A stretch of DNA of 64,000 nucleotides from Styela clava (Eukaryota): positions 4,278,001 to 4,342,000 of the forward strand of contig NC_135250.1 in NCBI RefSeq assembly GCF_964204865.1, read 5' to 3'. Positions 20,511 to 32,469 of the stretch are shown here, piece after piece. The position numbers and the translations under genes are program-made. The notes beneath the pieces were generated by a model. It had not been told where the DNA came from and ran no database searches. It saw only the letters and a list, made by a program, of their open reading frames with translations. Numbering within the stretch: position 1 is the stretch's first letter; each line of letters starts with the position of its first letter.

Positions 20511-23500
20511 AGTACAACCTAGATAGCTTGTTATAGTTAGGAACTGACGTAGTCTTTCCATATCTAGCTTATTATAATCATGAGCTTATTAGCTTACTGT
20601 GAGATCTCATGTAGAAAGCTACTGCCACTAATACCAAAAGGTGACACCGTCTACGTTTCAAGTACATAACGTTAGAGTGGTGTAGCGGCGTAGCGCACGA
20701 GATTTCGTGAATTAAACCTTTTTGACAAAATATTAGCTGACATCGCTGAATTCCTATTCTTTATAGCAAGGATTTTACAAAACTGTAGCGCCGCACAGGC
20801 TAAGGCTAGACTCAACATTCTGCTAGCATTGTTAATGACAATATTCTGCAAACTCGAAGCTATATCCTAACTACAAATGCAGCAACACTGTGCTTATACA
20901 TGCTATCCATTGCAACGACAATTTCTTAATTTAGCATACCAATATTTAGATACCTAATCGTTTTTGAATAACTCTCTGCATCGACCTACAGTTAAAACAT
21001 TTGTACGCCTACTATGGTCGTCGTGTTAGGCAGTGTAGGCTAACAGTAGACTTTTCGCAAACATTTTAGCAGTCTCTGATAAAATCATGCTTTTACCTGT
21101 TTAATCATTCACTATGATCAAAGCTCGTCTTGTGCCCTTACTTGCGACATAAGTAAACAAAGCCCGCAAAAATCTAGATAGACAATTCGTGCCAAAGGTA
21201 ACGAACTAAGTTTGTTCGCCTACTTTATACATCAAGTTATATAAAGGCACTGGACACTATTGGCAGGGGGTATATCCACTTGGTTAACACAGACAGTCCC
21301 GAACTCGTAATAGAACTAAAATATAGAAAATTGGAATAAAATCACGGTACAACCTAGCACACATACTACCTGAGCGTCGTATTTTGAATAGCCGTCTGGA
21401 TCGGTCAGATTGGTTTCAGTCACGTGACAGCTGACCAATCAGGAGTTCCCAATATTTTTCGTTAAATTCTTCACTTCGCGTATTTGACAACTCTTTAATA
21501 CTCCATCACTACTCATAAAAGTACTATATTTTTTAAAATAATTATTAAACCCCCAATAAATAATAAAATTAATGAAATGTTTTTGGAAATAGAGGACTGC
21601 AAGCAACCCTAGGTACTGATTTTTTTCACTGTAGCAACCCCCAAAACAACAATAATTAGGCAAAAAGTAATTAAAGAGCCATAATGCGCATTGTCAATAA
21701 AGGTTCAGATTGTTTATTTGGCGCTCCAAAAGTATGTGTAACAAAATGGCGCACATCCTGAACCCTAACCGGGTACACATACTATATTCAGGTTGTGCGC
21801 CATCTTGGTACACATACTCCGGAAGCTCCGTTTATTCTTTGGCGAGTTCGCTTAAACTGAAGCTATGCGTTTTTCGATTTTTGTAGAGATTCATTTAAAA
21901 CACGACTAGTATTACTTTCATTTTTATTATAAAATATGACGCGAAACTTACTTTTTACTCCTACCAAAGCTTACTCCCAACAAAACCCTAGCTAAGCTCC
22001 AATTCAAATTTGAACAAAAAACTTTTTTTAAAAAACCGTTTTACTGGTTCATCAAATACTCTACTACAGTAATGGATCTCAATCTAAAACAGGGTCCCCA
22101 GAAAATTCTGAAAGTCACAGTGGGTCGCTTTTTTACAAAATTCCAAATATTACTGATTATATTTCGTTGGAATTTTCGGAGCTCCCGAAGTATGTGCACC
22201 AAGATGGCGCACAACCTGAATCCTAACCTGGTACACATAATATGCTCAGACTGTGCGCCATCTTGGTGCATAGAAGAACCGAATTTTCTTTGTTAATTTT
22301 TTAATTGATACTGATGAGCTGCTCAATATGTATGTGGAAAGCATCGTGACTCAAAAACATGGAGGCATCATTGTGCTAAGTGCAGTCATGCCACGAAAGC
22401 TCCCGACATGCGCAGCTTTCTTACTTTGTGATAATTTCTGGGAAAATTGTAAATTATGTAAAAACGATAGTTTTGTATTAGTTATGTTGTAATGTTTCGA
22501 CCTTGAAAGCACTACATGCCTATACTTGAGTCATGGGATATTACAAAATTTATTTTTGAAAAAAATTTTGGTTTGCTTGAAAAAGAGGTTCGAACCACTG
22601 CTCTACCCAATTCATAACAAAAGAAGATGTATGTAGTGGGCGATTCATGAGGGACCCATAATCAGATATATTTTCTGTTATTTATGATTTATTACATTTT
22701 TCGGAACTCCAGAAGTGTGTGTACCAATATGGAGGTAACTAATTTTGTTCGCCAATTTTACATCAAGTTGTGTAAAGGGACTGAAACCTATGGGCAGGGG
22801 TAATATTCACTTTGCTAACACAGACAGTCCCCGAACTCGAAACCCATTTTTCAATACATTGTTTTCAATATTGAAAATGTTTTGGTTTGAAATTTCAGTA
22901 AGAATGGTAAAAACATAAGATATGAGTCTGAAATGTGTTTATTGAAATATATTCAAAATAAAACCATTGGATGAGAAATATTTGGATTTGATGAAACTTT
23001 TACAGCCCCGACAAGCGCAGGTATTTTGTGCAGCGCAATCTTAAGTAATATACGACGATGTAAATGATCATAATATTATATATTACCGTTAAAGTGCTAT
23101 TTTGATATCACATTAATGATTCGTTGATCACCTGATTCAATGTTATGTGTTGTGAGTATACAAAAATATAGTTTAAAAAAATTGTTGTAAAACGCTAAAG
23201 TTGTAGAATGCATGAATTCGTCGTGTTGTGACGACTACTGAGAATGCGAACGCATTTACACTGTTTGCATACCTTAGCATTAATTTTATCAAAAGCAATT
23301 TTATTCGTATTGAAGTAATCTTTTTTTTTTATGAGATATTTTGCATTTACGATCTGATAAAACATTACAAGCAGTCTGACACAAATTTATTGATTTTTTT
23401 CAACAGTATTAAGCGGAAGAATGAATCAGAATAAAAAACTATATACTGTAGAGGTTTGTTGTTTTTTAGAATTATTTTAGGCGGTGCCTTGCTAGCGAGA

Positions 23501-23577
23501 AGGAAGAAGCTATTTTTGGTGTTGATACTTTATTCGCAACGTTAATTTCGTTGTTTTAATTCACAAATTCAATCGGA

Positions 23578-25441
23578 ATGAATTTGTTATTGATTGCTTG
23601 TTTTTGTTTGATGGTTGCTTATACAGGTATGTTAATAAACATTGTTACTTGTACTGTTTCTTGTAGCATCGAGCCTAGTTTATTTAGTTTCAAAATCTCA
23701 AAACCATCTGGATTTATATGGTCTGGTCAATTTATTAAACGCTCGGCTAGAAGAGTGAGTTTGGAATGACAGTATTCCTTCTGGCAGGATAAAGTAATTC
23801 TGATCCCAGGCACGACCACACCCAGGGCAAGTTTATTCCTTTCTGTTCTCACGATGTTTACACTTAAATTTATCGATAGATTAGCATTTGTAATAATCAG
23901 CGTCTGATAACTCTGGACGAGAAGTATGATATGAGAACTCGTGAAAATTGAATTCCTTTTGGGCAGGTAACGCAGCCAAGTGCTACACTTGCAGCAATTG
24001 CAGCGATGAGAAGTTGAGTAGTTCCCAACTGATGAATTGTTCGGTTTCCCAGACCACATGTGTCAAAGAAACGAAATCAAATGGTGGGCATTTTATTCTT
24101 ATCCGGCAGATACCTTATTGGTCCTAAATACTTCTTGTAATTTTACAAATATTTCAGCATCTTGAGCGATACAAGTAAAAACAAAAAAGCATTGTTCAAT
24201 TATTTGGACACAATGCATACGGGTGTCTGTTTGATATGTTCATTGCCGAGCAACCGAGTTTGCTGCAAAGAAATAAAAAATTGTTCATTTTTAATTGAAA
24301 AACTTCAAATTAATTTTGGTTGAGACGTTATTTACATCAAGTACTGAATTTTTAGCGGCAACAGCAATCACCCAACACAACAAGAATTTAACAAAATGTT
24401 CGATATGTTCATCTAGTGTCTAATAAAAAATCTGTTATCAAACTTTACGAATCATAATGCGCACTGTCAATTAATGCTTTGATTACGGTTTTCATCATAC
24501 ATAAGGCACTGCGGACTATAGAACGCAACCGGTACCGGTTTGGGTGCAGGCAATATGGAAGGGACTACCTGATCCATATATTAGGCGCAACAGCTTATAA
24601 GGCGTGCGATCATTCTTGAGACAGAAAAGTAAGCCTTGAGATTCCTAAAATACAAGGAAGTAACATCAATCTTCAACCTTGATTTTAGGTGCTGTTAATC
24701 GATATTGCACCTCACCGCGTGAAAGTGGATGCAAACAAAAGGGAAGTGGTGAATTCGCGACCGACATTTGTTTTTGCAACGAAGTTGAGTTTGAATTCTT
24801 AATGTGATAATCTCAATCATATTGCCATCAACAGTCGGCTGCGGTCTCTGAACAATTAGTGACTTGGTCGGCGTACTTTTAGCAATTTTCTGAAATATGG
24901 GAACCTGTCAAAATAATAGTGAATTTGATACAAAATAGAAGTTGTCCTGAAATTTAGTATTATTGATAATTGATCCACATTAGTCGGGAGATCATATATA
25001 CTTATGAATCCTGTTATGTGTATATTAGTCAATTGTAGAGCCCAGATGAACACTAACACAAATGTATTTCTGTAACGTCACATCTGACCAAGGTAAAAAT
25101 TTCAGACAAACAGCTCATGGACATAGTAACTAATAAATAAATGAAACAGTATAAAACTTTAATAATATCGCCAGCATATCAGGCTCAAATCTCTCTTTGT
25201 AAACAAACGGAAAGATGATGATATTTTAATTCACTAGTTATAATAGTTTTTTTTTCAAATTTATTCAGATGGATGTAACGGAATTGATAGCAACTCTTCA
25301 GCCGCTGCAACAACCACTTCGATTATTGAACACACCACTTTAATCATTCAACCAAACACTTCAAGCGCCGCAACCATCAAATCAAGTTTCCTGATTGGAT
25401 TCGTTATCAGCCTCATCGTCGCTACATTTATGGTCGTTTAG
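23578..25441 (+). CDS. Ly6/uPAR GPI-anchored protein, copy B3 (144 aa if spliced canonically), with a mutated intron-3 donor
   Basis: Exons 23578-23626, 23967-24083, 24689-24784, 25269-25441: MNLLLIACFCLMVAYTGNAAKCYTCSNCSDEKLSSSQLMNCSVSQTTCVKETKSNGAVNRYCTSPRESGCKQKGSGEFATDICFCNEDGCNGIDSNSSAAATTTSIIEHTTLIIQPNTSSAATIKSSFLIGFVISLIVATFMVV*. The donor reads G|ttgagt where paralog B9 has G|gtgagt, so it may be a pseudogene or a frameshifted isoform. Confidence 0.7.
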
Positions 25442-26649
25442 ACCAGAAATAATAAATGATCATAATAAACACTTTGTGACTGGATCTTTGGAAAAAAACA
25501 TGAAACGTTTGATATTCTCTGTTGTTGATTTATCTCACAATCAAGCGTGGTTATACATGAATGATAGATAAATTGAATGTGAATTACTTGTCTTATACGA
25601 ATTCTAATACAGGAAAGTTGAATCTTATGTTCGCCATTTTGTTCCGGAAGAAACTAATTGCAATGAGTCCGGGTATAGCACCGGATATGTTTTGGATATC
25701 CGGATGGATTTAAATTCCTTCCTTGATTCAACTTTGCCTCGGATATTTTCGGCTATCCGGTTTCATTATTTTAATTTTCTGTTTCATTTTTCTCATTGTG
25801 TAAAACAATTTATTTAACAAAAAACCACTATTTATGACGACATATTCTATGACTAACGTTCTTTATTACATTTTTGTTACATAACTCAGTAACAGGGAAA
25901 ATAAAACTTGAGTTTGGAAAGTTGTCTATTGCGATTTGTTCGAGTCAACTCGTCTATCCAACACTGCAAATAGCTCAATGTATTCAACTTTCGGCAAAAC
26001 TGAAAAGAAAAAATAAGGGCTCATCCAGGATTTTCTTGGATTCAAAATCGAAATTCCCATGCAACAGCTTTTGAAACAGTTCTCACTATTTAATTGTGTT
26101 CAAGGTAACTCGCGATTGCGTTACAACGAAATAAAAGCATTAATTCTTCGAAATACCACGGCAATCTGTTGACATTGAAAAATAAGATAAAAATTTGAGA
26201 TGACTAATTTTTAATTTTGATACGTATTGACTGGTACAACGAATTCAATGATTTGTTTTCTGGTAATCAGTATGGGATTTATTGAACGTATGCTTCAACA
26301 TATTTTCTGCAAAGTAATCTGAAGTATGATACGATATAAACATCATAACATTATATATTTCCGTTACAGTGCTAATTTGTTACCACAATAATTTAATCAC
26401 CTGATTCAATGTTAAAGCGTTCTGACTGTACTGTCAGTGTTAATTTTATCCAAATCCATTTTATTCGCATTGAAGTAACTCTGATAACTGATAAGATATT
26501 TTGCACTTACGATCTGATAAAACGCTACAAGCAGTCTGACCCAATTTTTTTAACAGTATTAAGCGGAAGAGTGAATCAGAATAAAAAACTATATACGGTA
26601 AAAGCATGATATCTTTTTAAGAATTATTAGGCAGTGATTTGCACTTGGA

Positions 26650-26925
26650 ATGAATTCGTTATTGATTGCTTGTTTATGTTTGATGATTTTTGCTACAGGT
26701 ATGTGGATAAAAATTATCACTTTTACAGTTACTTGTAGCATTGAAAAAACTCTATTGGTTTTAAAATCAATCCCAAAATTACCTGTGTCGTGTAGCACTC
26801 CCCTGTGCAAAAAGTCTGATATGGGAACACGTAAAAATTAAATTCTTTTTAGCAAGGTTACCCGACAGAATGGTGGTGCAGTGCCATGATGACTTCCTTA
26901 CGTGTGACAAAGAAACTGAAAATAG
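26650..26925 (+). pseudogene. Ly6 relic B4
   Basis: Exon 1 is intact (26650-26698, MNSLLIACLCLMIFAT|gtatgt). The exon 2 remnant at about 26857-26925 lacks CYxCxxC but keeps gtggtgcagtgccatgatgacttccttacgtgtgacaaagaaactgaaaat, matching B9. Exons 3 and 4 are absent. Confidence 0.8.
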
Positions 26926-27032
26926 TGGGTATTTTATTCATATCGCGCATTGATCCTAAATATTTGATGTAACTTCACAAATATCTCAGCTGTCTTGAGC
27001 AATACAAACAAGAAAGCTATGCTCAGATTAAT

Positions 27033-27272
27033 GGACACGCATCGCCACCTAGTGGCAAATTCGGATGACGTCATAGCACACAAAAACTCGAATTATATGC
27101 AGCTCACCTGAATATTTAAAATAAATAAAAGAAATAGCCTTCTAGCGAAAAAAGGCACTGAAAATTTTGAAGCGATTGGTCCAGTAAGCAAAAAGAAAAG
27201 CGTTTGTTTTCTGTGACAAAGAAGAACAACAACATAATACTAAAACGATCTATAGGTCCACTTACGTGTCCA
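27033..27272. mobile_element. Second HINE-like dispersed repeat family
   Basis: ggacacg...tgacgtcatagc...ctgaaaattt..aagc.attggtccagta...(aac/aag)n...ataggtccac...gtgtcc. Related copies near 15245-15500, 44468-44790, 51602-51790 and 58262-58530 (inverted). Confidence 0.5.
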
Positions 27273-28499
27273 ATAAGAACAAGAAAGCAATGTTCAGTTA
27301 TATAAACACATTACAAACCAAAACCCCCAAAAAAGTGGCTGATATGCCGGCGAAGATGTCAAATACATAACACATTTTTATAAGTTACAAATAGTTTCAA
27401 CACTAATTACAAAATATTCACCACCCCCTAAATGTGCCCTCCAACCTCACCCCCTCGTTTTAAAATAAAATGCTGTGGAACATACAGAGTCACCGGATTT
27501 TGGAGTTAACTAATTTTGTTCGCCTACGTTACATCAAGTTGTGTAAAGAAACTGAACTCTATGGGCAGGGGGTATGTTCATGGCACAGACAATCCCCGAA
27601 CTCGTAATAGAACTGAAATATAGAAAATCGGAATAAAATTATGGCCTAACCCTGGTACACACACTACGGGAGTACCTCTTCCTACTTTCATTCCATACAA
27701 GGCTCTGTACAAGCTGACAATGATATTTAAGGAACGACTATTTTATTTTAGTAGTTTTTATTTGTGAAATATTATATTGTAACGTGCAAAAATAAGAAAT
27801 AAAGCAAGAATAATAAATAGGAAATGAACGATGCTGATAATAACAATGATAATGCTTTTGCGGAATTGATTGGGAACATAACTTTTTGCCGCGTAGGTGT
27901 CAGATTGTGTATTTTTACTTTCAGAATTTTGATAAGAATGAGAGAAAATAAATTAGATGCATCTATCTTTACTCAGAGAAAATATCAATAAAACATCCGA
28001 ATTTTGGCAACACCATAGAACAAAACACTTTTGTACAAAGACCCCGCCACTAATGTAAAAATGTGATATTGAAAAAAAAACTGCCACGCTTTTCAATAAC
28101 AAATCAGTTGGGGTTCAAGTTTGAGTTAGGAATGATTGAAAATTAGAATTCCCAGCGCATTTCGCATTCCTAACCCTTATGCACTCCAACCATAATAATT
28201 ATTATTATTTTTTCAATTGGAGCGTTTGCCGGGGGCTTTGTACGAAAGATATCAAAACACACAGCTATTTTGTAGTTTGGAATATTACAGTTATTTGGGT
28301 TATATGTAAAAAAAAGAATAAATGGGGTTTTAAATTACATTTTCTCAAGAAATAAAAGAAAAGTACTTTTATAATCTTGGTGGTTGTTACATTTCGCTTT
28401 CATATTAGCATTCATTCTTAAACACATAAAAATAGGAAAATTTGAAACAAAATTAAGTTATCGTTGGTTTCAAAACACACAAAAATGACTTCAATCAAT

Positions 28500-28677
28500 G
28501 CTCCAACTCACTCTTCTGACCCGGAATTTTACCGAATTGACCACACCATAAAAATCTAGATGGCTTAGAGATTAAACCAAGTAAACTATGTCCGATGCTA
28601 CAAGGAACAGTAAATATAATAATATATCCACATACCTGTAGCAGCAAACATAAACAAGCAGCCAATAACGAATTCAT
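28500..28677 (-). pseudogene. Ly6 relic B5 (frameshifted exon 1 plus start of intron 1)
   Basis: Exon 1 at 28677-28636 is 42 nt versus 49 nt in all paralogs. Intron homology to B3 stops at about 28500 and no further exons follow. Confidence 0.8.
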
Positions 28678-30761
28678 TCTGAGTGATTTTGTGAATTAAA
28701 ACGACAAAGTTAACGTTACAAATAAGTATCAACACCAAAAATAGCTGCGTTTCTCTACTCGCTAGCAAGGCACCGCCTAAAATAATTCTAAAAACTATAA
28801 CAGACTTCTACAGTATATAGTTTTTTATTCGGATTCATTCTTCCGCTCAATACTGTTGAAAAAAATCAATAAATTTGGGTCAGAATGCTCGTAATGTTTT
28901 ATCAGATCGTAAGTGCAAAATATTTTATGAAAGGAGGATTACTTGAATGCGAATAAAATCGATTAGAATAAAATTATTACCGAGATATTTAGAACGGTGC
29001 GAATGCGATCGCTTTGTAAGTAGTGGTTATAACGAGACAAATTTGTACATTTCATAACTTTAGCGTGCGAAAGATATCTTTGTACGATCAGAACGCTTCA
29101 ACATTGAATCAGGTGATTAACGAATCAATACTGTGGTAACAAAATAGCACTGTAACGGAAATATATAATATTATGATGTTTATATCGTAACTTATTTCAG
29201 ATTACTCTGCAGGAAATACGTTAAAGCATCGGTTCATCAAATCCCAAACTGATTACCAGCAAACAAATCAGTGAATTCGTCGTACCAATCAATGGGTATC
29301 AAAATTAAATATTATTCATTTCAAAATTTTTCATCTTAATTTTTAATGTCCACAGATTGCCGTGGTCATTTGAATCAGTAATGCTTTTATTTTGCTGTAA
29401 ATCGACGCAATCGCAGGTTACGTTGAACACAATTAAATCGCAACGATTGTTTTAAAAGCTGTTGCATGGGAATTTCAATTTTGAACCCAAGAAAATCCTG
29501 GCTGCGCCCCTGTTTTTGCCTTTCAGTTTTGTCGAAAGTTGAATACATTGAGATATTTGCAGTGTTGGAGAGACAAGTTGATTTGAAAAAATCTCAATAA
29601 ACAAATTTCCTAACTCATGTTTTATTTTCCCTGTTATTGAAGTCACCGAGCTCTCTTATTCCCTTCCAATTCCCTTTAAAAAGTTCAGATATGGAAAACA
29701 ATTTATTCAAAAATGTAATAAAATACGTCAGTCATAGAATATGGCGTCATAAACAGTGTTTTTTTGTTCAATAAATTGTTTCGCACAATGAGAAAAAAGG
29801 AAACAAAAAATTAAAATAATGAAACCGGATACCCGAAAATATCTGCAGGCAAAGTTGAATTTTTAGTTTCACAAGAAAAAAATTTGAAACCATCCGGATA
29901 TCCAAAACATATCCGGTGCTATATCCGGACTCATTGCAATTCTTTTCTTCTGAAATAAAGTGGCGAACATGAAGGGCAACGTTGTCTGTATTGGATTTTG
30001 TATAAGACAAGGAAATCACATTCGATTTATCTATCGTTTATGTATAACCAAGCTTGATTTTGGAATAAGTCAACAACAGCGAGTGACAAACGTCTTCAGT
30101 TTCGTTGCCAAAGCTCCACTAGATGGCGTTTGTCACATAGTGCTTATTAGATTTCAGCGTTACAACGAATGGCGTCATTTTAAGATTCTTTTATAACTGG
30201 ACACAACACAATAAACCAAATTAGAAAATTTTTAAACATACGCAAATGATAAAAAAAATATAACTAGGTGCGTGGAACACGAAGACCACCCCATGCACAC
30301 TACCTCGTTAGGGTGTAAGGAGTTAGGTAGTTGCGTAGCCTAGGGATTGGAAAAGTTTTTCATTGCAGGGGCCGAATTGGGAAATTGACTGTGACGTCAC
30401 AGCCACTGTTGCCATTCGCTTTGAATTTAATGGTGGCTGACATAGTTGAGTCATAGACGAAAAAATATCGATATTCATTTAACAATTCACAGTTAAGATT
30501 TTTCAATTAAATTTGTATGTAGTTGTTAACAATTTTCACAACTTTCTCCAAGAGTAGTGGGCCAGCGCAAAATGCCTGGCGGCCCGCGGGCCCCAGTTTG
30601 CCCATTCCTAGGGTAGACTACAAATCTGGTTTTGTTTAAATGTGAATTGGTGCTTATTTGTTTCTTTGTTCAAAAAAAAAGTAAAAATTTCGTGATAAAA
30701 TCTATAATGAAAATCATATGTAATACTTTCTTTCAATCGACTTAGTTTAGTTATTTCTGGT

Positions 30762-32469
30762 CTAAACAATAATAAATTTAGCAATGAGGAGGCTGATCAG
30801 GGATCCAACTATAATGCTTGATTTGATGGTTCCAGCGCTTGATGTGAGCTCAGTGATCAGCGTGGTGGTGGGTTCAGAGGTCAAAGTTGTTGCTGCAGCG
30901 GTTGTATGGGGTCCGTTACATGCATCTGAATAAATTTAAAAAAAAACTATTACCTTCTAAATTTGCATTCCATCTTTTTACTTATTTGAATAGGGATATC
31001 GCAGGTTGAACGTGATGCATGACGTAATAAATTGAGTATTCGATACAGAGCCGAAAAGATTTCGTTCTTTCAAACGTTTTTAAAAGTAAGCTTGACAGAG
31101 GCGAATTTCAATAAAATAAACCTGAAGCCTGATGGTTTAATTGTTAACTTTGTTTTCCAACGCAGTTCAAACATCTCGGGTTCAAATTTCACGCCCGCCA
31201 CTTCACCCATGCAGGGTGTAATAAAGTTGGTTGGCAATGCCGAATTATTATGGTTCCCACCCAGAGCACTTTGAATGATTTGAACCTTAGTAACTCCTTG
31301 AAAGCCATTTTGTAGAGGAAACGTATAAATAACTCATAGTAGGTTTGCGAGAGATGAGGATTCAATTTAAAACTGAACTTGGAGCATAATAGTTGAAGCG
31401 TTATATAATTACGCTTTTCATCGCCGCTTAAAAATCTCTCTCTGGGGATTTAATTCCCATGTGCACCACCCCACCCTGGGTGTAAAAACTGGGCAATGCC
31501 GAACCAGGAAATTCCGCAAAAAAAGTTCCACTTCTTTTAAAATATAGCAGCCTCCTGCCTTGCAGTGACTGCTTTTACAGAGCCTGGTGCGAAGTGAGTT
31601 GCTTATAAAAGTATAAAAATTGATAAAACGACTCACTCCCTTTGCAAATGCAAGTTTCCGTGGTTATATGAAACAAAGTGTCTTTATTGCAGCCAGTAGT
31701 AGTAACCTTGGGGTCGCCACATGATCGCGCAACAGTCGCTGTAACTGAAGTTTCAAATTAAACAATCAAAGTATCCATACTGAAATTATAAGTAATTGAC
31801 ATTAAATCAACTTAGAGAGTGTAAACAGGATCTTCAAATGTCTACGTAGGGATTTTATCACCAGTATGCCCTTTAAATTGAAAACAATTTTTTGAAACTG
31901 GCTTCAAGGATTTATTATCGAACATATTTGATTAAACACATGTTTCGTTTTGTTGTCGTTGTTTTGTGAAAATGGGCATTTGTACCGGTTTATTGTTATC
32001 ATAATTTAATTTGGTCAGAGATAGTATTTTTTTTTACCCCCCATCCATTTTAACATGGATGTTCTAGAATAGTTGTTGGAAAAACAGTTGCTTAATTAAA
32101 ATAATAAGTTTCTGAGACTTTCAAAAGCAATGTGAATGATGTGTAAAGCACTTACATTCAATAGAAACCGTCTGACAAGTTGAGTTAGAGCATTCAATGA
32201 GTTGAGAAGCATCGAGCTTTTTGTTATCGCCACAGTCCACACATTGGTAGCACATAATCGCGTACCCTGGATTACAAGAAATAAAAAGAATAAAAAGCAG
32301 TGAACGAGTGGTTTGCAAAAAAATTGGTTTATTTTAACATAAGAACGCAACGCAATTACAGTAATAATAACTTAGTTACAGCATTGTTTGGAACAAAACA
32401 AAAAAACAGATTTTACGAACCTGTCGCGACGAACATGAAGCACAAGCATGCAATCAAGAATATCTTCAT
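30762..32469 (-). CDS. Ly6/uPAR GPI-anchored protein, copy A6, 141 aa, 25-aa stalk
   Basis: Exons 32469-32421, 32266-32156, 31738-31637, 30925-30762: MKIFLIACLCFMFVATGYAIMCYQCVDCGDNKKLDASQLIECSNSTCQTVSIESTVARSCGDPKVTTTGCNKDTLFHITTETCICKGNACNGPHTTAAATTLTSEPTTTLITELTSSAGTIKSSIIVGSLISLLIAKFIIV*. Confidence 0.9.

Noticed and set aside
29452-29646. 64-66 aa ORF present three times (25874, 29452, 40259)
   Set aside because: It lies in the co-duplicated type-B upstream block, has non-ATG or inconsistent starts and no recognisable domain or splice context. Not fully excluded.
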